Source of the DNA: Amoebidium appalachense
Taxonomy: Eukaryota; Protista; Ichthyosporea
Assembly: GCA_963693365.1 (NCBI GenBank)
Contig: CAVNZM010000019.1
Coordinates: forward strand, 322,130 to 386,129
DNA length: 64,000 nt
Direction of reading: 5' to 3'
A program made the translations under genes and the position numbers. The notes under the pieces were generated by a model. The model saw only the letters and a program-made list of their open reading frames with translations, had not been told where the DNA came from and did no database searches. Each line of letters opens with the position of its first letter. The stretch's first letter is position 1. Of this stretch, positions 40,060-51,392 are shown piece after piece.

Positions 40060-41240
40060 GGGGACGTCACTGCTCGAATTCGATTGGTGAGTTAGATGAA
40101 GTTCTCGCAACTCACCAATCAGACGGCGCCGATGACGTCATCGGGAAATTTTGAATAGTGAAACATCGGAGCGCGCGCGATCTGATTGGTGAGTTAGATG
40201 AGTTAGATGAGTTACGTGTTTTTGACCCCCTCCCTGAGGCTCCGGCTATAAATAGATATGAGGCTCCGGCTATAAATAGATACTAATATATACATTGAAG
40301 CTATTAATAGATACCGATCGAATTTGTAGAGTCTATTGAATTAAGTCAATAATTATATATATATATATAGTATATATTCATATATATTTATATATATATG
40401 TACTTAAATGAAATTTCTTATAAAGTATTGTCAAATGTATATAAGTGAAGCGTGTGTGTAATATATCCTAGACTTGACTTCTTCAATGTATATAATGAAT
40501 ATCTATTTATAGCCGGAGCCTCAGGGAGGGGTCAAAAACACGTAACTCACCTAACTCATCTAACTCACCAATCAGATCGCGCGCGCTCCGACAAATTCTC
40601 TCTGAAAATCAGCGGTTGACGTCACTACTCGAATTCGATTGGTGAGTTAGATGAAGTTCTCGCAACTCACCAATCAGACAACGCCGATGACGTCATCGGT
40701 AGATTTTGAATAGTGATACATCGGAGCGCGCGCGATCTGATTGGTGAGTTAGATGAGTTAGGTGAGTTACGTGTTTTTGACCCCTCCCTGAGGCTCCGGC
40801 TATAAATAGACACTAATATATACATGGAAGCTATTAATAGATACCGATCGACTTTGTAGAGTCTATTGAATTAAGTCAAAAATTATATATATATATATAG
40901 TATATATTCATAAATATATATATATATATATGTACTGAAATTTCTTATGTTTTAATGTATAAAGTATTGTCATATGTATATAAGTGAAGCGTGTGTGTAA
41001 TATATCATAGACTTGACTTCTTCAATGTATATAATGAATATCTATTTATAGCCGGAGCCTCAGGGAGGGGTCAAAAACACGTAACTCACCTAACTCATCT
41101 AACTCACCAATCAGATCGCGCGCGCTCCGACAAATTCTCTCTGAAAATCAGCTTGTGACGTCACTACTCGAATTCGATTGGTGAGTTAGATGAAGTTCTC
41201 GCAACTCACCAATCAGACAACGCCGATGACGTCATCGGGA
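40060..41240. repeat. Two tandem inverted-repeat units (~90-bp arms, AT-rich core; period ~550 bp) separated by three small hairpin/CRE modules (family P2)
   Basis: Arm tcggagcgcgcgcgatctgattggtgagttag…gaggctccggctataaataga and its reverse complement occur twice; module gattggtgagtt-N15-aactcaccaatc at ~40082, 40637, 41176. Confidence 0.92.
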
Positions 41241-41344
41241 ATGCTTATTAGCACTAGGGCTTTATTTTGAGATATTGAGGTATCGATCAACGGCGACCTA
41301 AACATAGCCAGCGAAACTATCATTTTTTCTGGAAAACCATACAT

Positions 41345-42155
41345 CTATCGCGGCTCCAGGCCGGTACACGAGCGAATCAATGTATCCACTACCCCAGCCT
41401 CATCCCCCGAGTACACACGCCTCCGAAACAACTGCCCCCTCTCGTTTAAATCCTGCAGGAAGCTCTTAGGCTTGTGCTTCAGGGCCCCGTCAAGTCTCTG
41501 GCGAACCCACTCCACCTGCTCGGCTGTCAGCTCGAGTCCGAGCTGGGTGGCTCGGCCCACGATCGTGAATGCTCCAGCATGCACGTGGTTGTTCTCCATT
41601 GTTGCGACCCGAGCCTGGGCTGCCGCCAGCTCCGCCTCTGCTCTCTCGCGCGCCTGGCGCTCCATATGTGCAAGGGCCGCAAACTTGTGGAACACAAACA
41701 GAAGCCCAGCCTGCGAGCACAGCCACCACATGGTGGTGGTGTAGGGAGTCGTGGCCGATGCCAGCAGGATGCCGAATCCGGCATATGTGATCTGGCAGTC
41801 GACCAGCTCGGTGTGCTCGGCATTCATACCAAGCACGCCGGGCCCACCCAGAACGACGTGAAAGTGCGTCCCGTATGTCAGCAGGGATGTGCACTTCCGG
41901 ACGGCCTGGGCGCGCAGCTCCCATCCCGTGTTGATGGTGGCCGGATCGATGATAAATGGGGCAATCGCTGACGCCATGACATGGGAGATCGACACGTCGT
42001 TGCGCCCCCTCTCCGAAAGGGTCGCACGCCTTGAGGATCGCGGCCATCACCGCATATGCCTTGGGTGCGGGGCCGAACACTGCCATGTATGCCGGGGGCA
42101 TGCAACTGGACATTGCGGCAGCATGATGCAGCAGCATGACATCGATGGCCTCCAT
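41345..42155 (-). CDS. Divergent intronless MSV199-like paralog with coiled coil; frame break near 42005
   Basis: ILKACDPF…VSISH resembles VLRFLDPF…TISGR; DCQITYAGF resembles DHLLTADGF; Ala/Glu coiled coil follows. Confidence 0.5.
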
Positions 42156-42250
42156 AGTGAAGATGAATAGGGCGTGTTAGCGACTCCGAATTCTGTTCGG
42201 TCTGTTGATGGGCGGCTGCCGGGCCTGCTTTTGAGCAATCGGCTGCGATC

Positions 42251-42986
42251 TTATGCAGGGAGTGGCTCACGGCATTTCAGCTCGGCGAGATCGCCGCGAT
42301 CGTGACCCACAAATAACATGAGCTGCGAAAACACAAACAGGAGGTTAGCGCAGTCAATAACAGTAGTCCCGATGGTCTTTGAAACGGAAAAGGAGGTCGC
42401 GGCTGCCGTGGCCATTGTGGCCAGCGCGGTTGCCGTTGTAGCGACCAACACCTGCCGGCATAGTCCACGGGATCTTTCCCCGATGAGCAAGGCCCGATTC
42501 GACCACAGAAAGAAGAAGCGGGCGGACAACATGGCTACCGAGGCAATGCACACCGTCGTCCAGAAACAGTACAGGACTAGAAGTGAGGTTGGGTTGGGAT
42601 GTGGCGGTACATGACAGAGTGTCGTAAGAATGTATGTAAACAACACGTATGCCAGGTAGAGCGCCGAGGAAGTTACGAACACCATGACATCCAGCCATGC
42701 TATGTGTAGAAGTGACAGCGAACAGGCATGATCCATAATGTATGCATACTTGCACGCGTCTTTCAGACACCATAAAAAGATCCGCAGCAAGGTACGTATT
42801 GAATGCCGAACAACCGGACTGCATGCCTGCTATGTAGAACACCAGAAATGCCAAAGAATCGAGCACCACCATGAGATCAAGGAAATCGCGATATTGAAAG
42901 CGAGGCATACGGAGCTCATACAGCAAAAGCATAAGCGTGCCAAATGAAACCAAGCCGGAGTAGTAGTTCGCCTCGCTTAGCCCCAT
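42251..42986 (-). CDS. Multi-pass (about 7 TM) membrane protein; frame break near 42790
   Basis: Two hydrophobic segments in ORF 42354..42986 followed by about five in ORF 42251..42790. Confidence 0.55.
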
Positions 42987-43411
42987 GGTGCCTGCGATTG
43001 GCCGTCATTATATGTGACTGTGCAATTGATGGACATCATGGTTGCAGATACAGTTAGACCTACCATCCTTCCCCAAACTTGCCAACATGAATGTTGGGTG
43101 GGGTAGTGGCATGGTCCTGCAAGGCTACTAGAACCCAGGCCTGTACCGGCAGAGGCCCATGGTTACCCATGGGCCGCATACAAGCATGCTAGATTGTCCG
43201 AAGGCTTGGTTATCGCCTCGTTTCAGATGGACAAATCGTGCTCTGCTTGATTCATCGGGCTTGGATATCGCCCTGTGACCTCTTAGGTACCTATTGTCTA
43301 GATAATATGTCGCAGCTGCCAGAACATTGGCAATCCTGGCATGACGTAGCAAAGGCACCACACAAATGAGTGTTTTGTGTACACCAAATGTACCATTCTT
43401 GGTAACAGCAA

Positions 43412-43455
<44 letters not shown>

Positions 43456-43490
43456 AAGAACTAAATGTTCGGAGTACAAGCACAGCTTTA

Positions 43491-43973
43491 TTATTCTGTT
43501 TGAACATTTGGCTGATGTTTATGAAGCTGATGGTACCTGAGTCCACTACTCTGTCGGAAGGTACGGCCGCATGTTGTACACTGGAACGGGCGCTCGTCAG
43601 TGTGGACTCGCAGATGGACCTGCAAGTGGCATTTTGCTACAAAACACGCGTCGCATTCCGGCCAGGGACAAGCGAACGGGCGAATATTCTCATGGGCTTG
43701 TCGATGCATCTTCAGCTTTCCTGGGTAGTTGAAGTGCTTGCCACATCCAGCAACATCGCAAACATAGCGATGATCTCCAGTGTGTAATCTGTAATGATTT
43801 TCCAAAGTTGATTTTTGTGAAAATCGTCTGTCGCACCGAGGCCACCCACAGCAGAATGGTTTTTCACCTGTGTGCACAAGAGTGTGTCGTTTGAAAGCAT
43901 GGATATTATGAAAAGGCCGCCCACAGCCCTCCCAATTACAAGTGTAAACATTTTGGAGAGTCTGCGTGTCCAT
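43491..43973 (-). CDS. C2H2 zinc-finger protein with 5 tandem fingers
   Basis: C-x2/4-C-x12-H-x3/4-H repeats with HTGEKPF, HTGDHRY, HENIRPF and HTDERPF linkers. Confidence 0.95.
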   Translation of the reverse strand: MDTQTLQNVYTCNWEGCGRPFHNIHAFKRHTLVHTGEKPFCCGWPRCDRRFSQKSTLENHYRLHTGDHRYVCDVAGCGKHFNYPGKLKMHRQAHENIRPFACPWPECDACFVAKCHLQVHLRVHTDERPFQCTTCGRTFRQSSGLRYHQLHKHQPNVQTE

Positions 43974-44256
43974 TACACAAGTTAGGCAGAAAAAAAAGCT
44001 GCATGGGAACAGGGGATGCATGGGAACTTTAGGCCCCGGCACACAAAATCACAAACAGCCCTCCTCGACCAATCAGATCGCTTTATTTTTCCGGGTCGGT
44101 ATGGAAAAAAGTTCCCCTGCATCCCCTGTTCCCCTGCAAAAAATAAAATAATCCAATCCCATTGGCTAAGAGCGCACCGGGTGCGCTCTCGACCAATCAT
44201 TATCCCCTGCAATTCCCCTGCACTGCATGGGAACTGCATGGGATTGCAGGGGAATG

Positions 44257-44545
44257 AAATACGGGATATCAATAAACACCGAGTTTTGATTCTGTTAATT
44301 CTTGAAATTTAAGCATTTCACTCGATTGTTTATATATAAACTGGCGAGAAACAACAGAAAGAACAAAATAAAATAGAATTTCAGGAATTCCTGTTTGCAT
44401 TATTTGCATAGTTTGTGACATCAAATACGGAAAATCAATAAACACCGATTTTCGATTCTGTTAATTCTTGAATATTAATCATTTCACTCGATTGTGTATA
44501 TATAAACTGGTAAGAAACAACAGATAATTTAGAATTTCAGGATTT
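44257..44545. repeat. ~166-bp-period direct duplication at the 3' end of the helicase gene
   Basis: aaatacgg…atcaataaacaccga…tatatataaactgg…agaaacaacaga…tagaatttcagga occurs twice. Confidence 0.8.
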
Positions 44546-46064
44546 TCTTTTCGCATAATCTATAACATCCTACACGCCCTGAATCTGGCAGGGGATGGTG
44601 GTGCGAAAATGTGCAGACTTTGACCGTGTTGACGGTTGCAACTGTACCCAGTATCTTCTTGATCGCCATTCCAAAGGACCTGAGACTTGGCAATTTGCTG
44701 TCACGTGCGTTCATCCTATGCCAATTTTGATAAAGTTGGAAGAGTGCAGTGGGTGTGAAGTACTGGTTCTCCGGGCTGCAAGGTTCGCCGTTCTTGTAAA
44801 ATTCGAGACCTTCACAGCCATTCTCCTGTCTGACCAAATCCCGCAAAAACTGCGCCTCGTCACTCCGGCTGATTCCTTTGAGTATATCCTTGGTGTCGTT
44901 TTCGGGTGGTCGTGGCATCGTTTCTGGTACATTCTCTTCGTTCATGAAGTAGTGGTATATGGCAGAATGCACCTGTGGTTGCCGTAAATAGGAAACAAAC
45001 TGTTCGAAGTACACGTGGTCACCAATACGCTCCGGACTCACTCCAAAGCATGCCCATCTTCTATCACTGGTTTCCACCCTCACAGGCCAGTCCTCGTTAC
45101 TCAACACAACATACCTCTCGTATGCAGCAGTGTTATATGCATCACACCCCTTTTTCTCCAGCATCATCGTTGGTTGTGTAATGCGTGCCTTCATAAGGTT
45201 GTTTGTCTCATGTGAACCGCCCCATGTCACTTCGTCACACACAACCAATAGCTTGTTGGCAAGATGCTGATTGAACTTGCCTGACATGTGTTCACGGTGA
45301 ATAACATATGCATAGTAATCTGGTGTTATTATGTCCATCACTGCCTGCCACCAGACATTCTTTCCAGTCCCCTGTTCAGACACAAAGAGAAGTGCAGTCC
45401 CCGGTTTACTGGCTGGGTACTGAAAGAGATGGGCAATCCAAAGCTTGAGATACCAATACTCTATCTCACGGCCGTTGCAAAGTACATGTTTGGCATGACT
45501 CAAAAATGGTTCGAGAATGTCAGGTTTGAGCTCGTAGTGGGGGTCGTATTTAATTCGTAAACCTCTATACATGTTATAAGGCCTGTATATGGGTCCTATG
45601 TTGCGCTCGTTTCGCTTGCCAGTTTTGGGGTGGGGATCTGATGGGTCGAAAATGATCCTGGTATATACAGGAATGGCATTGCTCCGCAAAATGTCTGTTC
45701 CGTTGATTGGTGGTTGTGCCTTGAGTGCTTTTCCTACTTTGAGAGATGGTTGGGGGAAACTGTAAATGGATAAAGTTGCAAATGCTTCTTGTTTATTGAC
45801 TATTTTATGAACATGAACATTGTTCTCGTGGTCATACGTTTTTAGTATGAACATAGTGGTTCCGTTTATGTGAGCTATATTTGCCCCGATGAACGCCTCT
45901 ACCTCAGGCAGTGTCCATGTTCTGTGACTGCAAATGGATGGATGCATGCACAACCCCTGATAAGCGTCAGGTCCTAAGTACTCGAATGCCATAAATTTTT
46001 GGAGGCTGTGCTGGTTGACCTGTGTGGCATCAATACTGCGACTGATGGCTAGTAACACATCCAT
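44529..46064 (-). CDS. Superfamily 3 (D5-like) helicase with a C-terminal winged-helix-type domain; no recognisable primase domain
   Basis: Walker A SEQGTGKN, Walker B LLVVCDE, motif C VVLSN, arginine finger SDRRW; C-terminal LFQLYQNW…SLRSFGMAIKK. Confidence 0.9.
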   Translation of the reverse strand: MDVLLAISRSIDATQVNQHSLQKFMAFEYLGPDAYQGLCMHPSICSHRTWTLPEVEAFIGANIAHINGTTMFILKTYDHENNVHVHKIVNKQEAFATLSIYSFPQPSLKVGKALKAQPPINGTDILRSNAIPVYTRIIFDPSDPHPKTGKRNERNIGPIYRPYNMYRGLRIKYDPHYELKPDILEPFLSHAKHVLCNGREIEYWYLKLWIAHLFQYPASKPGTALLFVSEQGTGKNVWWQAVMDIITPDYYAYVIHREHMSGKFNQHLANKLLVVCDEVTWGGSHETNNLMKARITQPTMMLEKKGCDAYNTAAYERYVVLSNEDWPVRVETSDRRWACFGVSPERIGDHVYFEQFVSYLRQPQVHSAIYHYFMNEENVPETMPRPPENDTKDILKGISRSDEAQFLRDLVRQENGCEGLEFYKNGEPCSPENQYFTPTALFQLYQNWHRMNARDSKLPSLRSFGMAIKKILGTVATVNTVKVCTFSHHHPLPDSGRVGCYRLCEKKILKF

Positions 46065-46142
46065 ACTCAATGGGTTAGAAAATAAAAAATCGGATGGCGC
46101 TGCAGAGCCCGTCCCCCCCCCACCTTCTCATCCAGTAACCGC

Positions 46143-47315
46143 TTATGTACATATGATATTCCTCATATACTTAGGTACATTCTCAAACGCCATGAACTCG
46201 TGGTAGATGGCCTCCAAAACGGCAGGCTGCTTGAGGTGGGACACCAAGAAATCAAAGTACTGGCGGTCCCCGACACGAGCGGAGTTTGTCTTGAAGCAGG
46301 CATACATGCGGCATGACTGCTCGATTTGTCCGACAGGGCACTCTTCGTTCGACAGCATGACGTACCTCTCGTAGCAGTCAATGTTTACCGCATCACATCC
46401 CTTCTTTTTCAGTTTTATAGTTGACTGTGTGATGCGGGCCTTCATGATGTTGTTGAGTTCGTGAGAACCACCCCAGACCACCTCGTCGCACACAACCAGA
46501 AGTTTGTTTGCCAGGTGCTGATTAAACTTGCCTGCGATGTGTTCCTTGTGGATGATATAAGCACAGTACTCCGGGCTCAGTATATCCATGAGTGCCTGCC
46601 ACCACACGTTCTTCCCCGCTCCCTGCTCAGACTGAAAAAGCAGGGCGGTGCCGGGCTTGCTCTTGGGATGCTGGAACATGTGAGCAACCCACATCCGCAG
46701 GTATTCATACTCCTCCGCACGCCCGTTGCACAGAATCTCCAACCCATGTCTGTTGAATGGACCGGTCAAATCAAAATTGAGGGGGTACTGTGGGTTGAAC
46801 ACAATGGGCAGCCCCCGGAACGGGTTGTACATACGGTACATCCCAGACGTGGCGGCCGCCTTTGCACCGGTGCGAGGGTCAGGGTCAGAGGGGTCGAACA
46901 GTATGCCCATGTACTTGGGAATGGCGGATGAACGAAGAACATCGGTGCCGTTGATGGGCGGAAGGGCCTTTGTTCCCTTTCCCACCTTCTCGGGTGGTTG
47001 GGGGAAGGAGTATCCAGAGAGTGAAATGGACAGCTCCTCCTTGCTGACCAACTTGAAAGCATAGCTGAGACGTATGGGGCAAAATGCCTTCATCACATAC
47101 AGTTTTGTCCCTTGAATATGCGCAACATGTGATCCAATAAACTCTTCCACCTCCGATTTCTTCCACAGCCGGAGGTCACAGGATGCAGGCATGAACGGAA
47201 GACCCCTCATCTCAGTGTTCTCAAATGCATCAAACAGACGGAGGGTCCGTGCAACTACCTTGTCGAGCTCCTGTGTCGACACACCACCGGAAAACAATGT
47301 CATGGCCGCCTGCAT
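46143..47315 (-). CDS. Second SF3 (D5-like) helicase paralog lacking the C-terminal domain
   Basis: SEQGAGKN, LLVVCDE, VMLSN; colinear with the neighbour; the DRR arginine-finger motif reads SCRM. Confidence 0.88.
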   Translation of the reverse strand: MQAAMTLFSGGVSTQELDKVVARTLRLFDAFENTEMRGLPFMPASCDLRLWKKSEVEEFIGSHVAHIQGTKLYVMKAFCPIRLSYAFKLVSKEELSISLSGYSFPQPPEKVGKGTKALPPINGTDVLRSSAIPKYMGILFDPSDPDPRTGAKAAATSGMYRMYNPFRGLPIVFNPQYPLNFDLTGPFNRHGLEILCNGRAEEYEYLRMWVAHMFQHPKSKPGTALLFQSEQGAGKNVWWQALMDILSPEYCAYIIHKEHIAGKFNQHLANKLLVVCDEVVWGGSHELNNIMKARITQSTIKLKKKGCDAVNIDCYERYVMLSNEECPVGQIEQSCRMYACFKTNSARVGDRQYFDFLVSHLKQPAVLEAIYHEFMAFENVPKYMRNIICT

Positions 47316-47412
47316 CCTTCCTTGTAGCACAGAAAATAATCGATGACCCACCCCCACCCACCCAAAACCTATAAAAGGCCCACCCTGCAATATTTTTGTT
47401 CACTACTCTAAG

Positions 47413-48045
47413 ATGACTGGAAGTGATGGGTCTGAAATCGTAACACGCCTTTTATACCAACCGGAAACCACAAAGCTCGGGGAGGACTGTGTGCTGACGG
47501 GAACCGACGTGATACTGGTGGTCCACATCACCCGATTCGTAGACGGCCTACAAACAATCCTTGCAAGACAGAGCACATACCCCAACCACCGCCCAACACT
47601 TTATTTGTACGGCCACTCCCCGTGGCGTGCATACAAGTCTGCCTTGGACGACGGGAAGTCACGGGGGGTGCGCATACTTATTGACGATAGGATAGGCGAG
47701 TGGATAACAAGGCCGTGGAAAAAAGACTCCAATCTGCGACACAGCAAGGGATACGAGCTGGTCAAGCAGTTTTTTATTGAATTTTTGAAAGACGAACACA
47801 ACAGGCACAAGTTCCCCCCGGGATCCCCCGTAAAAACATCGTCTCTCTATGCACTGTACTCCGAATGGGTGAGACGACAAGGGTCAGACATGGAGGTTCA
47901 CATGAACCTATGTGTATTTGGCAAAGTTCTACGGCAAATATTCATGATGAAACCAGTAAGTACAAAGAAACTAAGTGCAAACAAGGTGACCATCAAGGCC
48001 CACAGATTCGACTACAATCACATGACTAAGTGTCTAGGGCTCTAA
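47413..48045 (+). CDS. Protein with a stand-alone D5-type C-terminal winged-helix-like domain
   Basis: VKQFFIEF…KTSSLYALYSEW…NLCVFGKVLRQIF resembles the C-terminus of 44529..46064; TATA ctataaaag upstream. Confidence 0.65.
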   Translation: MTGSDGSEIVTRLLYQPETTKLGEDCVLTGTDVILVVHITRFVDGLQTILARQSTYPNHRPTLYLYGHSPWRAYKSALDDGKSRGVRILIDDRIGEWITRPWKKDSNLRHSKGYELVKQFFIEFLKDEHNRHKFPPGSPVKTSSLYALYSEWVRRQGSDMEVHMNLCVFGKVLRQIFMMKPVSTKKLSANKVTIKAHRFDYNHMTKCLGL

Positions 48046-48057
48046 ACAGCCCGACCC

Positions 48058-48116
48058 CAAGCACTTCTAAGCGGTTCCAAGCACTTCTAAGCGGTTCCAA
48101 GCACTTCTAGCGGTTC
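48058..48116. repeat. 20-bp tandem repeat x3 between convergent genes
   Basis: ccaagcacttctaagcggtt repeated. Confidence 0.9.
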
Positions 48117-48160
48117 GGATTATCAACTCCACCGACTCAACGTACCCCCCCCCCCCCCCC

Positions 48161-49627
48161 CTACACCCCCTCGGGGAACGGCAGGTGCCTGTACGACTTG
48201 TCGCCCATGTACTGCAGCTTCCGCCCGAGCGCCCACGGCATGTCGCACTGCGTGATGTGGAGCAGCCGTGTCATGAACCGGTCCCACTTCGAGTCCATCA
48301 GGAACCCGGCCGCACGGAGGAGCCAGTGGTTGTAGAGGACCAGGTCGCAGTCGCTGGAAAACACAAGCGGGCGGATGAGCCCGCTGGGGTCTGCGAGCAC
48401 GACCAGGCGCACGTGCCTGAAGTTGACCATCTCGATGGTCGGGGGCATGTGGTAGACGAGCTCCTTGTCGCTGAACATGGGCGCCGTGACGGTCAGCGAG
48501 CGCAGGTTGACGGCCTGCGCGATGGCCGCCAGCGCGCGCGGGCTGTGGGGCACGTGCATGATCTCCAGCACATGGACGTCCTGCAGCGCCCAGTTGTGGG
48601 CGGGATGGAAGCACTCGAACTCGCGGGCGCCGGCCACAAGCAGCCGGTTGCCTGGGTAGTCACTGGCGCTGTCCCCGGTGGTGGTGATCTCGATGTCGCG
48701 CACCTCCTTGCCGATCTGGACGCTGGTGCACCCGCGCAGCGTGCCGCGGGCCTGTGAGCACAGCAGCTCGACACGGTGGGCGCGATTGATGGTGTCGAAC
48801 ACCACCATGCCAAAGACGCACACGTGCACATTGCGCATGTTGACGCAGGACTCGATGTTGTGGATGTTGTGGATACCGGGAGCGGAGCCGCCGCTGCCGT
48901 AGCCGTACTGGTGGCCGCACATGGAGCGGAAGCGGTAGTCCAGATGCAGTTTCACAAGGCCCGCAGGCACATGCAGCGCCGTGCTGGGGATGGCGTAGAT
49001 GTTAGAGGGGTTCACACGCGTGCACAGGTGGACGTGCAGATGGGCCAGGTTTTCGAGCGCAGTGAGATCCATGACTACACCAGGTGTGGGCCTGGGAGTG
49101 GCAGAGAAGGCAAGGGTCAGACTCGTCAGGTTCAGGATAGCGCGGCCCAGCAAGGCGAAGGGGGCGACAAGGGGGGTGTGGCACTTGAAGGAGTTGACCT
49201 CTGCGACCTTGAGGTTGGGAAACAGGTCTGGGTAGATGGGCTCCGTGCTGGTGTAGCGGTGGTTATGGGCAGCCTTTGCATGGTGGTTGGCCAGGTCCCG
49301 GTACTCATCAAGAACCATGTGGAGAACGAAGCGCATGGGCGGAAGCTCGGCAAGGCGCTTGTAGTCAGCAGTGGTGGCAACGACGTGGGTGGCACGGACG
49401 CGCGTGGCAAACTCGATTGACTTCGGACCCTTGGATAGGTCGACGCGCATGTGGCTGTTCGGGCGCGCCAGCTCTGCCTCGTGTACGTGGCGAAGCGCTC
49501 GGCAGGTGAGCGCAATGCTGCGACGTGAGCGTGCATCCAGGAAGGAGCAGATGTACAGAAGCAGGTAGTGGTTGCCCAAGACCAGCTGTTGCGCGCTGGG
49601 AGAAAGGGTGGACTGATCGGCGCCCAT
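48161..49627 (-). CDS. F-box-like protein with a degenerate LRR-like region and an N-myristoylation-like start
   Basis: MGADQS; LVLGNHYLLLYICSFLDARSRRSIALTCRALR (F-box-like); LFPNLKV, NLTSLTL, LENLAHLHV, NLRSLTV. Confidence 0.75.
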   Translation of the reverse strand: MGADQSTLSPSAQQLVLGNHYLLLYICSFLDARSRRSIALTCRALRHVHEAELARPNSHMRVDLSKGPKSIEFATRVRATHVVATTADYKRLAELPPMRFVLHMVLDEYRDLANHHAKAAHNHRYTSTEPIYPDLFPNLKVAEVNSFKCHTPLVAPFALLGRAILNLTSLTLAFSATPRPTPGVVMDLTALENLAHLHVHLCTRVNPSNIYAIPSTALHVPAGLVKLHLDYRFRSMCGHQYGYGSGGSAPGIHNIHNIESCVNMRNVHVCVFGMVVFDTINRAHRVELLCSQARGTLRGCTSVQIGKEVRDIEITTTGDSASDYPGNRLLVAGAREFECFHPAHNWALQDVHVLEIMHVPHSPRALAAIAQAVNLRSLTVTAPMFSDKELVYHMPPTIEMVNFRHVRLVVLADPSGLIRPLVFSSDCDLVLYNHWLLRAAGFLMDSKWDRFMTRLLHITQCDMPWALGRKLQYMGDKSYRHLPFPEGV

Positions 49628-49719
49628 TGTGATGAACGCGCCGTGAGTTCGTTTGGAGAGTGAAGTTTGAAAGCTGTGCTGTGGTATACCCCTCCCTGAG
49701 AGCCGGCCACCAATAGCGC

Positions 49720-49810
49720 GCTGACCAATCAGACGCGTTGACCAATCAGACGTACCGACCAATCAGACGTTTGGAATTTTGACCAATCAGCGTGATGACC
49801 AATCGGATAG
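49720..49810. promoter_or_regulatory. Cluster of CCAAT boxes upstream of the F-box gene
   Basis: gaccaatc occurs five times in ~90 bp. Confidence 0.55.
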
Positions 49811-50375
49811 AGGGTCTTGTATTCCTGTGGAAGATGACCGAAGGGTCTGTAGCCAAGGCATGCAGCGTCTGATTGGCTCAGTTACAGCATTTGTGTTATT
49901 TTAAAATTGACTGGTTATGATACAGTATTGATGTGATGTGAACGTCGTGATTTACAACACTCCAAGCACGCCAATTTGAAAACAAAACCGAAATATTTAA
50001 AACCGTTTAATAAGAACATTTTTGCCATTGTTTTCCTATTGAACAGGCTGTTGTTTTAGTTTCTACTCAGAGTTCGGAAATGTGACTCGCGGTCAGGGTT
50101 ACAACCGAATCGAGATCCCTGAAACAAAAACCCTATATACAATAGGATGTCTGTTTTGTTTAAATCAATTTGACCGAGTTCCTCTCGTTGTGTGGCTTTC
50201 ACAACAGTTGATTATTCTATAGATTATTCATTTCGTTTCATTTCAGTTGCAAATCTACTGCGCCGAAGGACAATTGCGCACCCTGGCAAAGCCACTGGGA
50301 CCAGTCTAATTGGCTATAGGACCCATATAACCCCATCACGGCTTCGGATGCTGCCAGTCTTGCAAACTTGCAGCT

Positions 50376-51392
50376 ATGAACCACAAGCCAAACGTTAAGC
50401 TGTGGCGCCTGCGCGACAAGCTCTTCCAAGCGACAACACCGGCCAGCGAGGCAGCGCTCATGGGCGTTCCCGTCTTCGGCGAATTCGACATGCACTCGCC
50501 CCCAGCCAACATGCACTCGTTCCCCGCCAACACAAAAGCTGCACGCGCAATCCCGCCCAAAGACGACTGCGTGCATGCACAGCCTTCTCAACCCCCTTCT
50601 GCAGCTGTGCACGCACCGCCCCTGTGCAGCAAGGACGTGCGAGTGTACCCGTTGCAGACAACATGGCCACCACCACCGGGCAAGATTCCGCTACGCAGGA
50701 TTCTCCCGTGCAAGACTTCAGGTGCCGCGGCCAGCGACGTGGTACAAAAGCAACGGGATGCATTTTATTGGAAGGCAGGGGCGAATCCAAATAGACGTGG
50801 GCGCTACTTACGCCAAAACGAGACGGGGGCCTCCAAAAAACCCACGTCCCTGCGCCTACCAGTGGCAGTCAACCCCGAACCCAATGCGCCCTGGCGGCCC
50901 CTCCCTTTTCCGGATATGGACACGGAAGAGACCACGGAGGCAGCGGATAAGGAGAAAGCAGCAGCGCCCCCAAGCAGCCAGGCGTGCGAAGCAGCAGCGC
51001 CCCCAAGCAGCCAGGCGTGCGAAGCAGCACGCGAGCCGCTCGTGTCCGAGGACCACAGTTCCGTCGACGTCGACGACCAGGTGGCGTTCACGGAGCAGGT
51101 GGTAGCCACGAGCAGCCCCCAGTCGGAGACAGCGGGACAGCAGTGCGAGATCTGGGTGTCTGTCGATCGATCTCCGCACCCCCCATACATCTACTACAAC
51201 ATGAAGCATGTCATAGTGCAAGTAACAAACAAGGGTTCTAAAATACACATCGCATCCGAGGAGGCCACCTCCAACCAGCTGTGGCAACTGCAATTTCAGG
51301 ACAACAAGAAGCCATTCCGTGTAGTCATAGGAGGCAATGGAGAAAACACCGTTGCGGTGAATGAGGTGTGGGTGTGCATTCGACCAGGATAG
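50376..51392 (+). CDS. Hypothetical protein, paralog of 436..1452
   Basis: Same length and highly similar translation. Confidence 0.7.
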   Translation: MNHKPNVKLWRLRDKLFQATTPASEAALMGVPVFGEFDMHSPPANMHSFPANTKAARAIPPKDDCVHAQPSQPPSAAVHAPPLCSKDVRVYPLQTTWPPPPGKIPLRRILPCKTSGAAASDVVQKQRDAFYWKAGANPNRRGRYLRQNETGASKKPTSLRLPVAVNPEPNAPWRPLPFPDMDTEETTEAADKEKAAAPPSSQACEAAAPPSSQACEAAREPLVSEDHSSVDVDDQVAFTEQVVATSSPQSETAGQQCEIWVSVDRSPHPPYIYYNMKHVIVQVTNKGSKIHIASEEATSNQLWQLQFQDNKKPFRVVIGGNGENTVAVNEVWVCIRPG

